Under the pieces are notes generated by a model. It worked only from the letters and a program-made list of their open reading frames with translations. It searched no databases and was not told the origin of the DNA. The position numbers and the translations under genes are program-made. Source: Podarcis bocagei (Eukaryota). From it: DNA of 64,000 nt. The stretch lies in assembly GCA_964188305.1 (NCBI GenBank), contig OZ076892.1. One strand, 5' to 3'. This document shows positions 13,330-27,159 of this stretch, piece by piece. Numbering within the stretch: position 1 is the first letter of the stretch; every line of letters begins with the position of its first letter.

Positions 13330-13745
13330 CTTAATTACAATTGGCTCTGAGTGGTTTAAAAGTAGTCGAATATTGTTAAAATAAAAATCGGAATTCAGTT
13401 CAAATGCCAGCTGGAATTAAAAACAAATATTTAGCAGGAGCTGGAAGTTCCACAGGGAGGGGGGCCTGCCTGGCCTGAACTCGAAGGGAATTCTGCAAAA
13501 CTGGCCCCACAATACTGAATACCACAGTCCTTGTGGCTATGAGCCAGGTATCTAAGCATTCAGAGACTACTAATAGGAACTCCACTGAAAACATCAGGCA
13601 GGAATATAAGGGATCAACTGGGCAGTAGTTGTTATAAACCATAGTATCCAGGGTGGGCTCATTCTGGAGTAGCTGCACTAACACCTGTTTAAAGGCAGCA
13701 AACACCACCTAAAGACATGTCCACCGCACCCTGGGCTCATCCAGT
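13330..13745 (-). mobile_element. Degraded L2 LINE 3' region
   Basis: Minus-strand translation has an L2 C-terminus-like ...ATRTVVFSIVGPVLQNSL..(Q)ARQAP motif; L2-type 3' UTR composition. Confidence 0.5.
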
Positions 13746-14658
13746 CTACCCAAACCCCCAAATGTCTTTCAGCAGTGAGGATGAACAGGAGCCAAGAGAG
13801 CAAGAAGCAAAATGCATCATTGCAAGAGTGTTGTCTGCACCATCGAGCTGCATAAACGACAACTGATTTGACAGAGTATGTGAAAGCACGGGACTGGGCA
13901 CCTCAGTGGGAGCTGCTACAACAATGGCATCCAGGGCACTGCAGAAATGAGTGCTAATTGCTCACAGCATGTTGCCGAGTGCCTCAGAGACCCATCTATC
14001 ACTTCTGGTATGACCAGCCTCTGGACCACCTAAAACAACTCTGCTGGATGGCTCTTTGAGGACATGATGGAAGGGTGATATAACATCTGGTATCCAACTA
14101 AGTTCTACTTAGAGGAGAACCCACCAAGACTTGACTAACTTGGGTGCATTCATTTCAGTGGGTCTACTCTGAGCAGAACTCAGTCGGATACAACCTCTGG
14201 TCAGCTTCAAAGCATATTTTCTCTCAGCCTGCTTCATTGTCTGCATGCTCTGTAGCACCAGAGAAGACCCTTGGCAGTGATTGTGTCAATAGTCCTCCTA
14301 ATCTCACCCGTCCCATAGGGAGACCAAAGCCATGATAGGATCATCGGCTCTGTTCCTTGAAAAATCCTTGAGAGCATTCTGGAAGCTACCAAGTTTCAAT
14401 AGTCAGGGATTCTGGGAGTGGCAGTGGGATATAAACTATCTTAATGAATACGAATAAAACAAACAAAGGCTGTAGTTAAAAGCCAATAGAAAAGCCAATA
14501 GAGAATCTGTTAAGCAGTAAGTAAATTAAAAGCTCGGTAAGAAACCATGGTCACCAGCAGAACACCAGTGTAGGAGGAGACAAACAAAGCTCCTGCAGAA
14601 AGGAGTTCTATATTCTGGATGCCACAGCCAAAATTGCCCTCTCATACTGCAACTCAGA

Positions 14659-15004
14659 CGTGAGTGGCGCTGTGGGTTAAACCACAGAGCCTAGGGCTTG
14701 CCGATCAGAAGGTCGATGGTTCGAATCCCCACGATGGCGTGAGCGCCTGTTGCTCGGTCCCTGCTCCTGCCAACCTAGCAGTTCGAAAGCACGTCAAAGT
14801 GCAAGTAGATAAATAGGTACCTCTCTGGCGGGAAGGTAAATGCTGTTTCTGTGCGCTGCTCTGGTTTGCCAGAAGTGGCTTAGTCATGCTGGCCACATGA
14901 CCCGGAAGCTGTACGCCAGCTCCCTCGGCCAATAAAGTCAGATGAGCTCTGCAACCCCAGAGTCGGCCACGACTGGACCTAATGGTCAGGGGTCCCTTTA
15001 CCTT
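14659..15004 (+). mobile_element. Sauria SINE (Squam1), full length
   Basis: GTGGCGCTGTGGGTTAAACC A-box and GGTTCGAATCCC B-box; diagnostic body CCTGCCAACCTAGCAGTTCGAAAGCAC...GTGCAAGTAGATAAATAGGTACC; (ACCTTT)n-type tail; 14-bp TSD TACTGCAACTCAGA at 14645-14658 and 15005-15018. Confidence 0.95.
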
Positions 15005-17271
15005 TACTGCAACTCAGAAGGTGGTGGAACACACAAAAGGGCCCACTCAGATTACTGTATTGGAGGCTGATCTATTAGGTTGAATGGGGCATTGCCCCAC
15101 CAACCTCAGCCTGCCCTCTGCCAGCCCACACCTGCCTGCCTGCCGTCTTACTTACAACCTGCTCCAGAGGCTAGGATTGCTGGTCAGCTTCCTCCTCCTT
15201 AGCCCCAATGTTGTTCTTGTAGATCTCAACAAGGGGAGGATGGGGATAAAATTAGGAATGGCTGGCTCCGCCTGTCATTCACTACCTGGCTCCAGATACT
15301 GTTGGCTTCCCTGCCTTCTGCCCCACCAGTCCCAGTGAGTTCCAGCCACCCCTGCATTACCTTTCTACTCATTCTCTCTCCCACTTCTCTGTCCTCTCTC
15401 AGGAAAAACGTGAAAGTGAGAGAAACCAAATTGGGAGATATGTCCATGCATAGATGCCTGTCAGAAGAGCTTTTGAACAGAAGTGCTCTTGAACTGGCTA
15501 AACTACTTCAAAAAAGAAACCACTGGTTTCCAAGCTCTATACAGCTTGGAACATGCAGCCTTCCCCCCCTTAACCACTTCAAATATTTTCTCCTCTCCCC
15601 CCAATAACTGGTTGAATGCTTTCCCTAAATCCTACCCCACATGAATGGGTTGGATGATTGGGAGAAGGCAACTCTAGACTAAAATCAAATGATGTTCAGG
15701 CAAGTGTACCACAGTTGCATTTCCCTAGTGCAGAGGTGGGGAAACTTTGGCACTCCAGATGTTGTTAGATGATAACTCTCATTTCTCAGCATTGGCTATG
15801 CTGGCTAGGACTGAGGGGAGTTGGAGTCCAACAACACCTGAAGGGCCACAAGCGAGTTCTCTGCTCTGCTCAAGTGAGAAGACCCTACCAGAATGAGCTC
15901 CTGTTCTTCACCCTTTCCACTTAGTAATTGATGTCTCTGAAACATTATTGTATCCCTGCCTGGACTTGGCTTCCTGCCCCCCCCCCGGTACCTGCCCCTC
16001 ACCTGGCTCATGGACCCTGGAGGCCTGACGCCTAGTGAACCCCGAGTGAACTCTGACCCCTAGTGAACCCTGACAATGGCTTAAAGGAGATCCTCTGCAG
16101 TGTAATTCCACTCCTCCCAACCACCTGAAAGCAAGCACAGAGCATGGCTAACAGGAAAGTTTCTGTGCATTAGATCATTTCCATCGACTGGTTTTGCTGT
16201 CCCTGAGCCCACAAAGGAATGGATTCCTAATTAGCTTCTTACTTAAGTAACAGAATAATGATGACTCAGACCCAAAGACCCAGAAGGTATTATAAAAAAA
16301 CCCAATCCACAGTTGCTTGGGATGCTGAAAGTAGATTTCAAGTCTGGCAGACCACAGGCTTGCAAGATCTGCTTTGTTTTCTACTAGAAACCTGAAGTCT
16401 GCGAATAGGACCCAGGTGCAAAAGAAAGGCAGGCTGGTAGTGGAGAAGACAACAAAGTCATTAGGATTTAGGAACAAGGCACCTCTGATCACATGTTCAG
16501 CCCAGGAATGTGTTTAAAAAATGCTTGATGACCTACTGCCTATCACCCAAATAATTACTACTAGATCCCAGTATGCCTTCTGTCCACCCTTGCTTTGAAG
16601 GATCATGGCCTTGGGGAATTCTCTTAAAACTATCCACCAAGTAGTCACATACAATTAGAAAATCATGCATTGCACTGCATTGCAAAATTCAGAGTAGGCT
16701 ACAAGGCTAGCATTAGTGGCACTGAGAAAACTACAGGTCCCAGCACTCCCTTGTACCTAGCCAGCAGTTGGAGCAGCATGCTGCTTGTCAGAGCGTGGGG
16801 GGCAGGGAGAGACCTGTTTTCCTCCATCCTTTGTTCTGACACCATCATTGCAGCATCAATGAAGGTACAGGAGGGCATGGAGATGGAGTGAGAGTTTTTA
16901 GAGGAGGAAAGGGAAGCAAGTGCTGGGCAGGCAGGTTTTTCATAGTGGGTGGGAATGGATTTTACCCTGCCTCTTCCCAGTGACATCAGAATGGAGATGG
17001 AATAGAGTCTAAAATTCTCCCCAAATGAGCCTTGGAATAACTCGAGCTGTTTCCAGGTTATCAAAAAATAGTTTGATTTTGCTGAGCATCGCTGAATGAG
17101 TATCACTGGTAACTTCTGCCTGCTGTGCTTCAGGCTTCAGCTTTTACAGCATATGGCTCCAGGACTTGAACTGAGGACCTTCTGCCCCCAAAAGCACCCT
17201 CTGGGTTCAAATTGGGGTATGGCCACTCACAGCCCTGTCCTGGCTTTGCCAAGCTCTCCTTGACCGGATTT

Positions 17272-17537
17272 AGAGATGTGAGAGTTTGTCAATTTCAGTT
17301 TCTAGTTTTCCAAGTTCACTTCTCCACATTTCACATTCGTTTGTGATATTTTAAAAACAAAGGTCTCGTGAGAATTCAGCAGCATTTTTTGTGTGAATTT
17401 CTCCTAATATTTTATTATATTGCAAATCTCAGAGAGGTGTGAACTTCAAAGAACAGCTGTGTTGTTCTTTGAAAGTGCAAATTGTTTCAGAAAGTGCAAA
17501 GTAAATGCAGACTGAATAGAATTTCTCCCTCATCCCT
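17272..17537 (+). mobile_element. Abundant AT-rich MITE-like repeat with AG(G/A)GATG...CATCCCT ends
   Basis: Shared motifs TTCTCCACATTTC, ATGAAAATTCA(T/G)CAGCA, GAATTTCTCCTA. Related copies at about 2050-2255(-), 31254-31410(-), 42860-43280, 44160-44560, 55690-55930 and 59628-60716. Confidence 0.7.
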
Positions 17538-18572
17538 TAATTGGGTAGCAATGGAATGTAGTAGTTGAAAAGTCTTTGTTGTTCTGTTCCAGCCAGCCAG
17601 AAGCCTAGTATACCCTCTTCAGCCTCCACTGGCCCCAGAAAAAAAGTTTTGAAGGAGAACATAATCCTTGTGACCTCTTTCCTGTACCATTTACTGGAGG
17701 ATAGGACTTGACTAGACATGATCAGTCTGGACAGCAACCATAAGAGCAACCATCCGTCAGAGTTCCGCATTGCTCATTCTCCCCTCAAAAATCAGATTGA
17801 GTATCTCTTGCCTTATGAGTGGATGTCACAGGAGTGATGCTTAAAAGGATGCCTTGCGAAAGGTAGAGGTTTGAGTGAGATGATGCGAGAGCCACAGCTG
17901 CCCATCATAATATGAAAACAGCTGTGCTTATCCTGAACAAGGGAGATCACACACCCTGTACCACCTGTTCATGCCTGGGAGCTGAGGAAAGCAGGTGGTA
18001 CCTCTTTGGCACAGCCGCTGCAAAGATTAATTGCTCATTCCAATAGAATATGAGAAGAGTGGATGACATGTCATCTCCAGAAAGCTACTGACCAGCACTT
18101 CATCAATGTCTCCCAGAGCCATGGATGGCCTCTAGCCTGGCCAATCATTTTCAGATTAGTAGGTTTGTGCTTCTGTCAGTTTCTTTCAATGTTCTTCACA
18201 TGCATCACTTGAGGAGGAACCTCCCTATGAGCTTTCAGATTTCACTTTAGGTGAAACCCTATGGCAATCAATGAATCTCCAGAACACCCCTGATAAATGT
18301 TGCAAGTTGCATCCATGCTCTTTCACTTCCTGCAATATGGCTGACATTGGATTTCAACAGGAACTTCTAAATTCAAATTTCACTGTTGGTGAAATGTTGC
18401 TGCCAACTCAAGATTCGTAAGACTAACGAAGTCATTGCATCACAAGCTTTCATGGAACAGGCAGCAGCTGCAAGAAACAGTCTAGAAAGTTGAATTCTTA
18501 CACTGTGGAATTAAAACAGTTGAGAAATTGAAGAGAAAGAAAAATAACATCAGTAGTTACGAAATAAGTTTA

Positions 18573-18762
18573 GGGGAAGGTTTGTAACTCAGTAGTGGTG
18601 CATCTCTTTTCCATGCAGAAGGTCCCAAGTTCAATTCCTGGCATCTCCAGATAATGTTTGGAAAGACCCCTGCCTGAAACCCAGTAGAGAGCCACTGCTG
18701 GTCAGTGTTGGTAATAATGAGCTAGATGGACCAATGATCTGACTCAGTATATGGTGGTTTCC
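18573..18762 (+). mobile_element. Older tRNA-derived SINE with CR1-like tail
   Basis: A-box-like TAACTCAGTAGTGG and B-box-like GTTCAATTCC; 3' GGACCAATGATCTGACTCAGTAT. Related pieces at 6625-6800(-), 18838-18960(-), 19070-19270, 52240-52320 and 63540-63625. Confidence 0.7.
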
Positions 18763-19309
18763 TTTTTTGCTCTGGTAATCCCTCCCGCCTGCTACAAAAT
18801 CACTGAGATGAGCTTCCACTTAACCATCTGCAAACACAGGAACATAGGAAGCAACTTTCTACAGTGTCAGTCCATTGCTCCACCCAGCTCAGTGTTGTCT
18901 AGGCTGACTGGCAGCAGCTCTCTGAGATATCAGGCAGAAGTCCTTCCTGTGCTCTACCTCACACTGCAGAATGGTGGAGGGGATTTCCCTTCAACCCTTC
19001 TTGGAATAGCTGCAACTGCTTGTTGGGTGCTCATTCTTTCTTCCAGGATTTTCTGTAGCAACCGAGGAGCAAGCATAGCTCACTGGAAGAACATATGTGT
19101 TACCAGCAGAAGATTGCAAATTCAATCACAGGCACCTCCAGTTGAATAATGAACAAATAGCTGCTGGTGGGAAATACCTCCATCTATCTAAGACCTTGGA
19201 GAGCTGCTGCCATTCAAAGTTGGCAGTGCTGGCCTAGACAGGCAAATGTCCTGGTCTGAAGGATGCAAGAAGCCATATCATTCACCATTCTATCCTATAT
19301 TCGTCACAC

Positions 19310-19550
19310 TCAGCACTGTTTCCATTCCGCTGCAGTTCATTTTCTGCCAAAAACCATGTTAGTCCTCTCTCTGTCCACTGTGGCAAAATTATGCAATATA
19401 TATAATTAATTGTGTAAATTACATTGTCATCATGTTATCCCACTCCCGTTCATTTCAATGCAAAGAAAATACAACGCAGATATGGGCCAAAACACAATCC
19501 CTTACATACCATTTGTGGTCCATTTGTAGATCGAAAGCAACAACAACAGA
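19310..19550 (+). repeat. Ancient-looking ~240-bp interspersed repeat with palindromic AT-rich core (5 copies in window)
   Basis: A core resembling TTATTCCACCCCATTCATTTCAATGCAAAGGAAAC recurs at 19434, 29477(-), 46741, 47441 and 61511(-). Confidence 0.75.
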
Positions 19551-21797
19551 TAAGAATTGGATTGATTTCTGTTCCAGACGGGGGAGAAATAAGTGAACAT
19601 CAGCAATTTCCTCTTTTGCTTCTGTTGGGATTGTCTGACGTGCCTAAGTATTAGGCAGCTCCCTGTGTTCTTAACTGTCACAACTTGCTAACTTCAGTGT
19701 TCACAATGCAGCGAGATAAAACTGGCAGCTGCTGCTGGCTGGCTTGTGGGTGGGGTGAAATATCTCTCAGCCCTCCCTCTAGGGTGGCCAGGTTGCAGCC
19801 CATTAACTTTAACATTGCATCTGGAGGTTTTGTAGCCTTCAGTCTGTCCTTCCTCCAGCCCTTTCACTCACCTTCTTTGCCCACCTTGTATAGCAAATGG
19901 GGCTTAAATATGGCTGCAGTGCAAGTAGGACCTAAGGAGAACTAAAAAGTTGACTTCCTCAAGATGGTGGACTGTGTGGCTTTTCTCCTGAGGATTAGCA
20001 TGGTGCATGAAGACCTGGATATTATTTCTTTGTTTATTATACAGTTTATTAAAACAGGATCAACTAAGCTGCCAGGGTGGGGAACTTCTGGCCTGAGGGC
20101 CCGATTAGGGTCTATGAGGGAGTTTTCCCCAAAGCACACTCACTTGCCCAGCACCAGGTGTCATCTGTGATGTTAGGTGTGGGACAAGTAAGGACATGGC
20201 TGCAAAGGAACATTTGGGGACTTACAGTGAGCTCCCAATTGTTCTTTGGCAAGTGGAGCTCACTGACAGCATACCCCACTGGGATTTGCAGCACAAAGCC
20301 CCACCCACCTGTCAACGTTGCCCTGAGGATCTAAGGAGTTAAGAATCAGACCCACTGCTTGGATCCTGTTCATTACATCAGTAGTTTTTAGACTTTCTGC
20401 TTTCAGAGACTACATTCCGCATTAACTTGTCTGCCTGGAAGAACCTCTTGAGTTGGCATTGGGACACTCATGCATCCTAGAAGTTCTGGAACATCTCCAA
20501 AAACCAGAGGCGGTGGGTGCTGTGCTACAGGGGGCAACACAACAACGCTGTAGAATGGAGCGTGAGAGACGGGGGCCACTGAATGTTAGCATTGCACAGG
20601 GCGCCAATGCAATTTGAGCGTCCAGAGTCTGGGCTCCTTTACCATCAACTGTGTGATGAGAGGCAAAGATTTTTACAGGTGCGCCATGGAGATATATATA
20701 TCCTGATCTGTGGAAACCACTCCCACTGATCAGCATTCACCAGGTGAAGGTGTTTGGAGAAGTGTCCTTTGAACAAGTGTGCCTCAGGGTGCTGACCAGT
20801 GGGGCTCAGTCTAATCTATTTACCTGCCTCCACCCAATGGCAACCTGAAATATACAGCAAAAGCAATCCAACCAAACAGCCTGAGCCCACCACAAGCCCA
20901 TCAACTGCCAATAGTGCTGAGCAGGTGAAAAAAAAAGAGGCTTCAAAGGTTACTTGAGGAATACCTAAAACATTTGTACACAGCCCCCATCGGGAAGGCC
21001 AAACCTATGTGGCAAAACAGTGGATAGGTTGGGTAGGACTCCCATGCAGAACAAACAGGTGTTCAGGTAGGCACCAGCCCTACAGGAAAATGCCAGTTCT
21101 GAACTCCAAGAGGAAGTTCTTGCTGTCCTCCCTCCAGGAGGCAGTCTCTTGAGACTTGCTCCTCTGAGAGGTGGCACAGATTTGAGCCCATCATTAGGAC
21201 AGGAATGGCAGTTCCTCAAAATACACATTTTTAAAAAATGTGCTCATACTTCTTTTGAGCAGAAAACTGCACCAGAATAGTCCCATCTGTATTTTTTTTG
21301 AGCAGAGAGCTGCAGTGGGTAACTAAGTTCTAAATTGTATGTGACTCCAGGAGGTGCTCATGAGGTCGGTTCATTTCAGGATTCATGAAGATTGAATTCC
21401 CCAGGTATCCCTCCTCACAGCCAGCGTAAGTGAGGAAATGGCTGGGCTTGTTGGTCCTCACTGTCATGCTGAGCAAATGAAGAGTGAGTTATTTAACATA
21501 TATATTGAAACTCTGGCAACTGCAGGAAGGAAGGAGAGGTTAATTCATGGTGTAGAAGGAAAGAATAATTATTACAGCTGTAAGTTAGCTTTATATGCAG
21601 TTAGTGTAGGAAGCTTTTGAAAGGGATCCACTGAACAATCCCCAGCCATTAGTGGATGTTTCAGCTCAGGAGTGGGAAAACTTTTTAAATCTGAGGGCCG
21701 CATCCCTCATGAACAGCCTCTCAGGGGCTGAATGCCAGTGGTGGGCACATCAAGAGGTGAAAAGCAGGTGGACCAATAGTTGCTCAGGCTGTTGGTG

Positions 21798-22188
21798 GCC
21801 GAACTTAAAAATGGAAAGTGTAATGCTGGTGGTCAACAAAAGAGGTTTAAAGATTCTCTCAAGGCAAATCTAAAAAAAATGTAGTATAAACACCAACAAT
21901 TGGGAAACACTGGCCTACGAGCGCTCCAATTCGAGAACTGCCTTTACCATAAGTGTCACGGGCTTTGAAGACGCTCAAACTCAGGACGAAAGGGAGAAAT
22001 CTGCTAAGAAGAAGGCACACTTGGCAAACCTTCACCATGGTAAGCTCCTGCCTGGAAACCTGTCCCCACTGTGGAAGGACATGTGGATCCAGAATTGGCC
22101 TCCACAGCCACTTAAGGACTCACTGTTAAAACTGTGTTTATGGAAGACAATCTTACTTAGCTTTGAGTGATTGCCAAAGAAGAAGAAG
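21798..22188 (+). mobile_element. RTE-clade LINE 3' end (5'-truncated, decayed)
   Basis: Translates with frameshifts to ELKNGKCNAGGQQKRFKDSLKANLKK..SINTNNWETLAYERS...CPHCGRTCGSRIGLHSHLRTHC (C-terminal zinc finger); (GAA)n tail. Confidence 0.85.
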
Positions 22189-23518
22189 ACACTTTCAGAA
22201 ATTTTGAAAACTTGTGGGTTTTTTTAGGGGGAGGAAGAACAAAGGCAGCATGGAACCCTTAGACCACATCATAGTTTGTAAGTACTTTAACATAATTCTG
22301 GGTGGATTTATCATGAGTTTCCATTAAACATGCACGAGGAAATGGGATGGGATGGGGCAGCGCTAGTTCTATCTTCCCTGAGAACTGGACTTCAGTGGGT
22401 CCATCCATCTCTATTTCTGAGTCTGGGAAATATTGATTCTGGTGCTGCTAATTGAATGGGGAAGGTTGGTAGCTGGGTAACCTGCCTTTCAGGAGGTTTG
22501 CCACCACTGCTGATATTCTTATTGTGAAATTCCTGAAGAACTTCAGATGAACTCTGGGGCTCCCTAGAACACCACTGGTCTGCATGATCTCCGTGGCATA
22601 TCATTAGTGTTTCCAGAGGCACCAGCAGGACCAACACAGCCAGGAAGGCTTTCTGTGCTGCTACAAACAAATTTATTGTGGCAGAGTTACAGGGGCATCC
22701 ATCAGTTGGGAATCACTGGTGCCTTTGAGAGGAACATCTGCCTGGACTTTAAACTCCTTTATTCATTACAAATCAGGTGTCCGCCCCTGATGAGCTCACA
22801 GCTGTCAGATGTAAGCTTATTGGGCTACTGCCGGGCTAGTGTCAGTGGTGGCTTATTAAGCAGATGAAGATATATATTCAAAAAGCAGAAGGTGCAAGCT
22901 GTTTGCTAACCAGATAAGGGATGGCCCCTGCAGAAAAAGACCGAATGGGAGACAAGACTGATGACTGAACTTCCTGCCAGTAGAACTGGGTTATTGTCTT
23001 TTCATACTGCACAGAGAGCCTGATGATTCCACGAGGCATCATCAAGGAAGTAGTAGGCATCAACCAGCCACATACTCACAAGGACAAAGCAGGCCACTGG
23101 TTTCACAACACATGTAACTGTCAGCATCATCTTAGAATAATAGAACCGTCTCATTGAACATTCCTGCTTGATGCAGAAAATTGAGAACTGGAGCACCCCT
23201 AGCTGATGCCTGCCCAGTCTCTGCCTGAGGACTTCCAATGCAGGAGAACTCCGTTGCCCCACCCCTGTAATGGGTCCCATGGTCTTCTGAGGGTGTTTCA
23301 CATAACCAATGTGTAGCTATTCTTTCCCAGATGGCATTATACATCACTAGTATGAAGGCTTGGGAAGAAGGGCACAACATTTTTGTGTGTTTGCTACATT
23401 TATGCACACACACATACATAGATACTGTTTTCTCTTCCCTTATATAGTTTTTCTCCCGACTCCTATTGGACAGGGTGGATCCTGTAATGAAAGAGGGCAA
23501 CCAAACACTGTAAGTTCC

Positions 23519-23533
23519 CCACCAGGGGGTGCT
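23519..23533 (+). promoter_or_regulatory. Candidate CTCF site
   Basis: CCACCAGGGGGTGCT closely matches the CTCF core CCACCAGGGGGCGC; motif match only. Confidence 0.4.
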
Positions 23534-24519
23534 CAGAGAACAAGAGGCCACCAGGGGTTTGGCACTGCAGGTGCCTTGGGTGCAGTGGCAGAAAGTCGCT
23601 GCATAATCATAGCAAACAGATGAAAAATCCATGCTTAGCCAAACAAACCTTCATACTCTGATTACAGGACTCTGGCCTGTTTTTGTTTATATACACTGTT
23701 TTCTCTTCCCTTATATACTACTTCTCCCAACTCCCCATGGTACATGCCTCTTTCTCGATTACCTTCTGGCCTGTTAAACTTCTTTGTTGTCCTCACAGAG
23801 GCAGTCCAAATTTCTTCTGTTGTTCACCTCTTTGCCCTCCCCACTGTAAACCTCTTTCAATTTCCCCCCAAACTTTTTCTAGGTTTTTGGTATGTATTTA
23901 TGTGCTGCTGTTTCACCCCCCATTGGCTATAGTGAGGAATCGAAAACCAGTATATAACATTTTTTTCTGCATAAGTGGATGGACTCCATCCTCCTGGGTG
24001 GAATAAGTCTGTCAAATTTCTTAAAAATAATAAATCCCTTACTTTTCACATCCTGGAAGCACCCGTCATGACATAAAAAGTGAAAGATCTATGATTTTTA
24101 CTTGTTAGGAAAACATAAATATTGGGAAAGAAACTGGTTGCCCTAATAGTCCACTTACACCCTCCTGTGACAGCCAAAACGCAGAGGATAATGATGAGCC
24201 ACATGAATTAAACCTCTTTTTATTGACTTCAATATGCCTCCCTCAAAACACTATGACTGGAAGGACTCAGAAAATAATTCATTGTTACAGAAAGCCGGAC
24301 CCATCTGTCAGAACAAAAGATTCCCCACTTCTCCACCCCTCTTGGGCTCTAGGCATTTCTCTTGTCAGTTTGGTTTCATTTCTCAGAGAAAAGGGCCATG
24401 ATTTTAATGTTTCGACTTGGAAACTTAGTGGGGTCATTGGTCTGCCTTAAGACAACCTGCTTTGGAAACATGAAATCATGACCCAAATCACACCAATTTG
24501 CCTCATTATTCAAGATACA

Positions 24520-24980
24520 AACCCAGAGACCACACACACTCCTGGTGTATAGAAGGGCAACCAAAATTATCAACGAAATGAAGGAACTCCACTATGAGGA
24601 AAAGTTGCAGAGTCTGAGACTTTTTCATTTTAGAGAAAAGATGAATAAGAGACGACATGGTAAAAGATTAGAAAATTATGGCATGGTTGAACTATAGAAC
24701 TTGCTCCCACAGGAGGCAGTGATCACTACCAACTAGGATGGCTTTAAAAAAGGATTGGACAAATTCATGGAGGATAAGACTGCCAATAGCTAATAGCCAT
24801 GATGATGACTATGCTCTGCCTCCACGGTCAATGGTAGTAATGCTTCTGAATACCAGTTGCTGGAAGCTACAGTTGCTGGAGAATGTTCTTGGGCTTGCAG
24901 GTTTCCCATAGGCCTCTGACTGACCACTGCGAGAACAGGATGTTGGAGTGGATGTGGAACTGATCCATTAGTCCCTTATA
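24520..24980 (+). mobile_element. Old CR1 LINE 3' fragment
   Basis: AGAAGGGCAACCAAAATTATC (RRATKII) and TATGAGGAAAAGTTG (YEEKL); 3' UTR GGATTGGACAAATTCATGGAGGA...GAGAACAGGATG. Confidence 0.75.
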
Positions 24981-25276
24981 TGTTTTCCTCCTGTTTCTTT
25001 TCTTTTTTGAAGGGGGTGATGGTCTGAGCATTGCCTGCTTTTCTTCTGTGAAATGGGTATTTTGTGTGCCCTTGACAGTTCCTTAGATTTCCAAATGGTC
25101 CCTTGGGGCCAAAAAGGCTTAGGTCCAGAGCAACTGCTTCATGATAGGCCTTCAAACCCTTAACCAGAGCTCCTTTCTGTTTATTCTCATTCTTTGCTTG
25201 CCTATCCAGTATAGCTTGAATAGCGTCACCAAGGCAAAATTGCACCAGAAGCACATTAGCAGATTAATGTCTGTCT

Positions 25277-25287
25277 GTGTGTGTCTT

Positions 25288-25349
<62 letters not shown>
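25277..25349. repeat. Compound (GT)n(GA)n microsatellite
   Basis: Directly visible. Confidence 0.95.
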
Positions 25350-25350
<1 letters not shown>

Positions 25351-27159
25351 AGTGGACTGCAGGGGGGGGCAGTAGTTTTTGAGTCGTGTAAAAAGCATAA
25401 CATGGCAAACTATTAGGTTGAAAGAATGGGGCTTTGGGGATCGTGACAATTACTGTATTTAATTTCCCCCCTCCTAATGCTGAGAGCCAAATGGGAGATT
25501 CGTTTTAATTCATTCAAACAGCAAGAAGCAGTGCCTGTCAGCCTGTACCTTTTAATCGATGCTCAATAGAAAGAACGGAAAAAGATGGTGGGGGCTTAAG
25601 TGTCGCCTAATGAATGGGTCTCTGGAAGGTCAGCCCAGTGCTCATTAGCTAATAGAGGAGTTACTTGTTTTGCAAATTGCTTGCCCATTTGGAGCAGCTA
25701 TGTGTTAATTTTCACGGCTGGGGAAACTGAGAAGGAGGCATGGTGGTGGGTGGGGGGAAACTGTTTTTGAAGACTTCAATCTGTCATCGGAAGTGGGACA
25801 GAAATAGAATGAGAGAGAGAAAGAAGGAGCCTTGTCAGTTTCATTAATTCCGGAACACGTCCTGCAGCTTGGGATCAGAAATTACCATGATCACAGGGTG
25901 GGGAGAGTGTTATCGGATGAAAGAGAACGTTTCCTTCTTTTTGCTATGCTATAGTAGTTGGAACTTCATATTAGGACTGGGGATATTTGGATGCAAAACC
26001 TGCACAGTCCTGACCTAGGACTGGTAGTTTCTCAAACTAACCTAACTTACCAGAGTGTTGAAAATGGGGGGGGGGGTAGGGGATGAGGAGAGCTAGGCTC
26101 ACCATCCAGAGTAACTTGCAAGAAAGGTGAAATTAAAAGGAATGTTTTGTTTCCATCAAGAGGATGATTGCTACATCTGCATCCTGATTCCGTTCACGTT
26201 TACACAGAACTCAGTCCCACTCAGTTTACTGGGACTGATTCCCAAGTGAGCATGTGGAAGAAGCAACCCTGATCCAGGATAGGATTCCAGGATAGGGGCA
26301 CAGAAAGGAACATTTTGGCAGGTTCTTCTCCCTCCATCATATCTGCAGACATGTGTCCTGTCTGTCAGGCATCTGAAACCTTGATGCACTATACCCTCTC
26401 TGAGATACCTTGCAGCTGAGGTTTAGCAAAATTGATTTTCATGAATTCAGGAGGAATTTGTGCAACAGTTCTGTCTTGATCCAGCAAAGCCGGTTCCGAG
26501 ATAGAAGAGTCAAACTACCTCCCTTTGATTTTGATAATTTGATTTCTCTGCTGTTAAGCAAAATATCAGAAATGTCTAGGTACACTTAGTTTGGCAAAAT
26601 AATTATTCTGTCCTGTTGTGGATTCCACTCTGGTCATCCAGCCATAAAAGATAATTTAGGTGGTGGTGGGTCTGCTTCCCCAAAAATAGATGATGATGAT
26701 GATGATCAAAAGACTAGGTAAACAGGAATGTTTTTAACTTTCCCCTGAAAGCCATTAATGAGGGAGGCAGGCACACCTCACCAGGGAGGGCATTCCACAA
26801 GTGAGGAAACTGCTGCAGAGAAGTGTTTTGAGTTATTAATTTATTTTTATGTTGCCTTGCAGCGAGAACACCAGCACTTAAGCAAGCAATGCACTTCTAA
26901 AATTCTAGATTATGTTTTAAAATAACGATTAAAGACCCCACTGCCTGTTTTATTTCCTTTTCTTTTTTTAGTTTATTTCTAAAAGAAAAAGAAAGGAAAG
27001 GAGAAAGGAAAGGAAAACATTGCCTTCCAGAAAGCACTCTAATATCAGAAATTTCTCCAGGAGAAAATTGGCTCAAATATCTCACATCAGCTTGATATTT
27101 TGAGGTTAAATCCTTCACGTATTCAAAGAGGGCAGTAATTAATTTTCCCTCTGTTTGTG

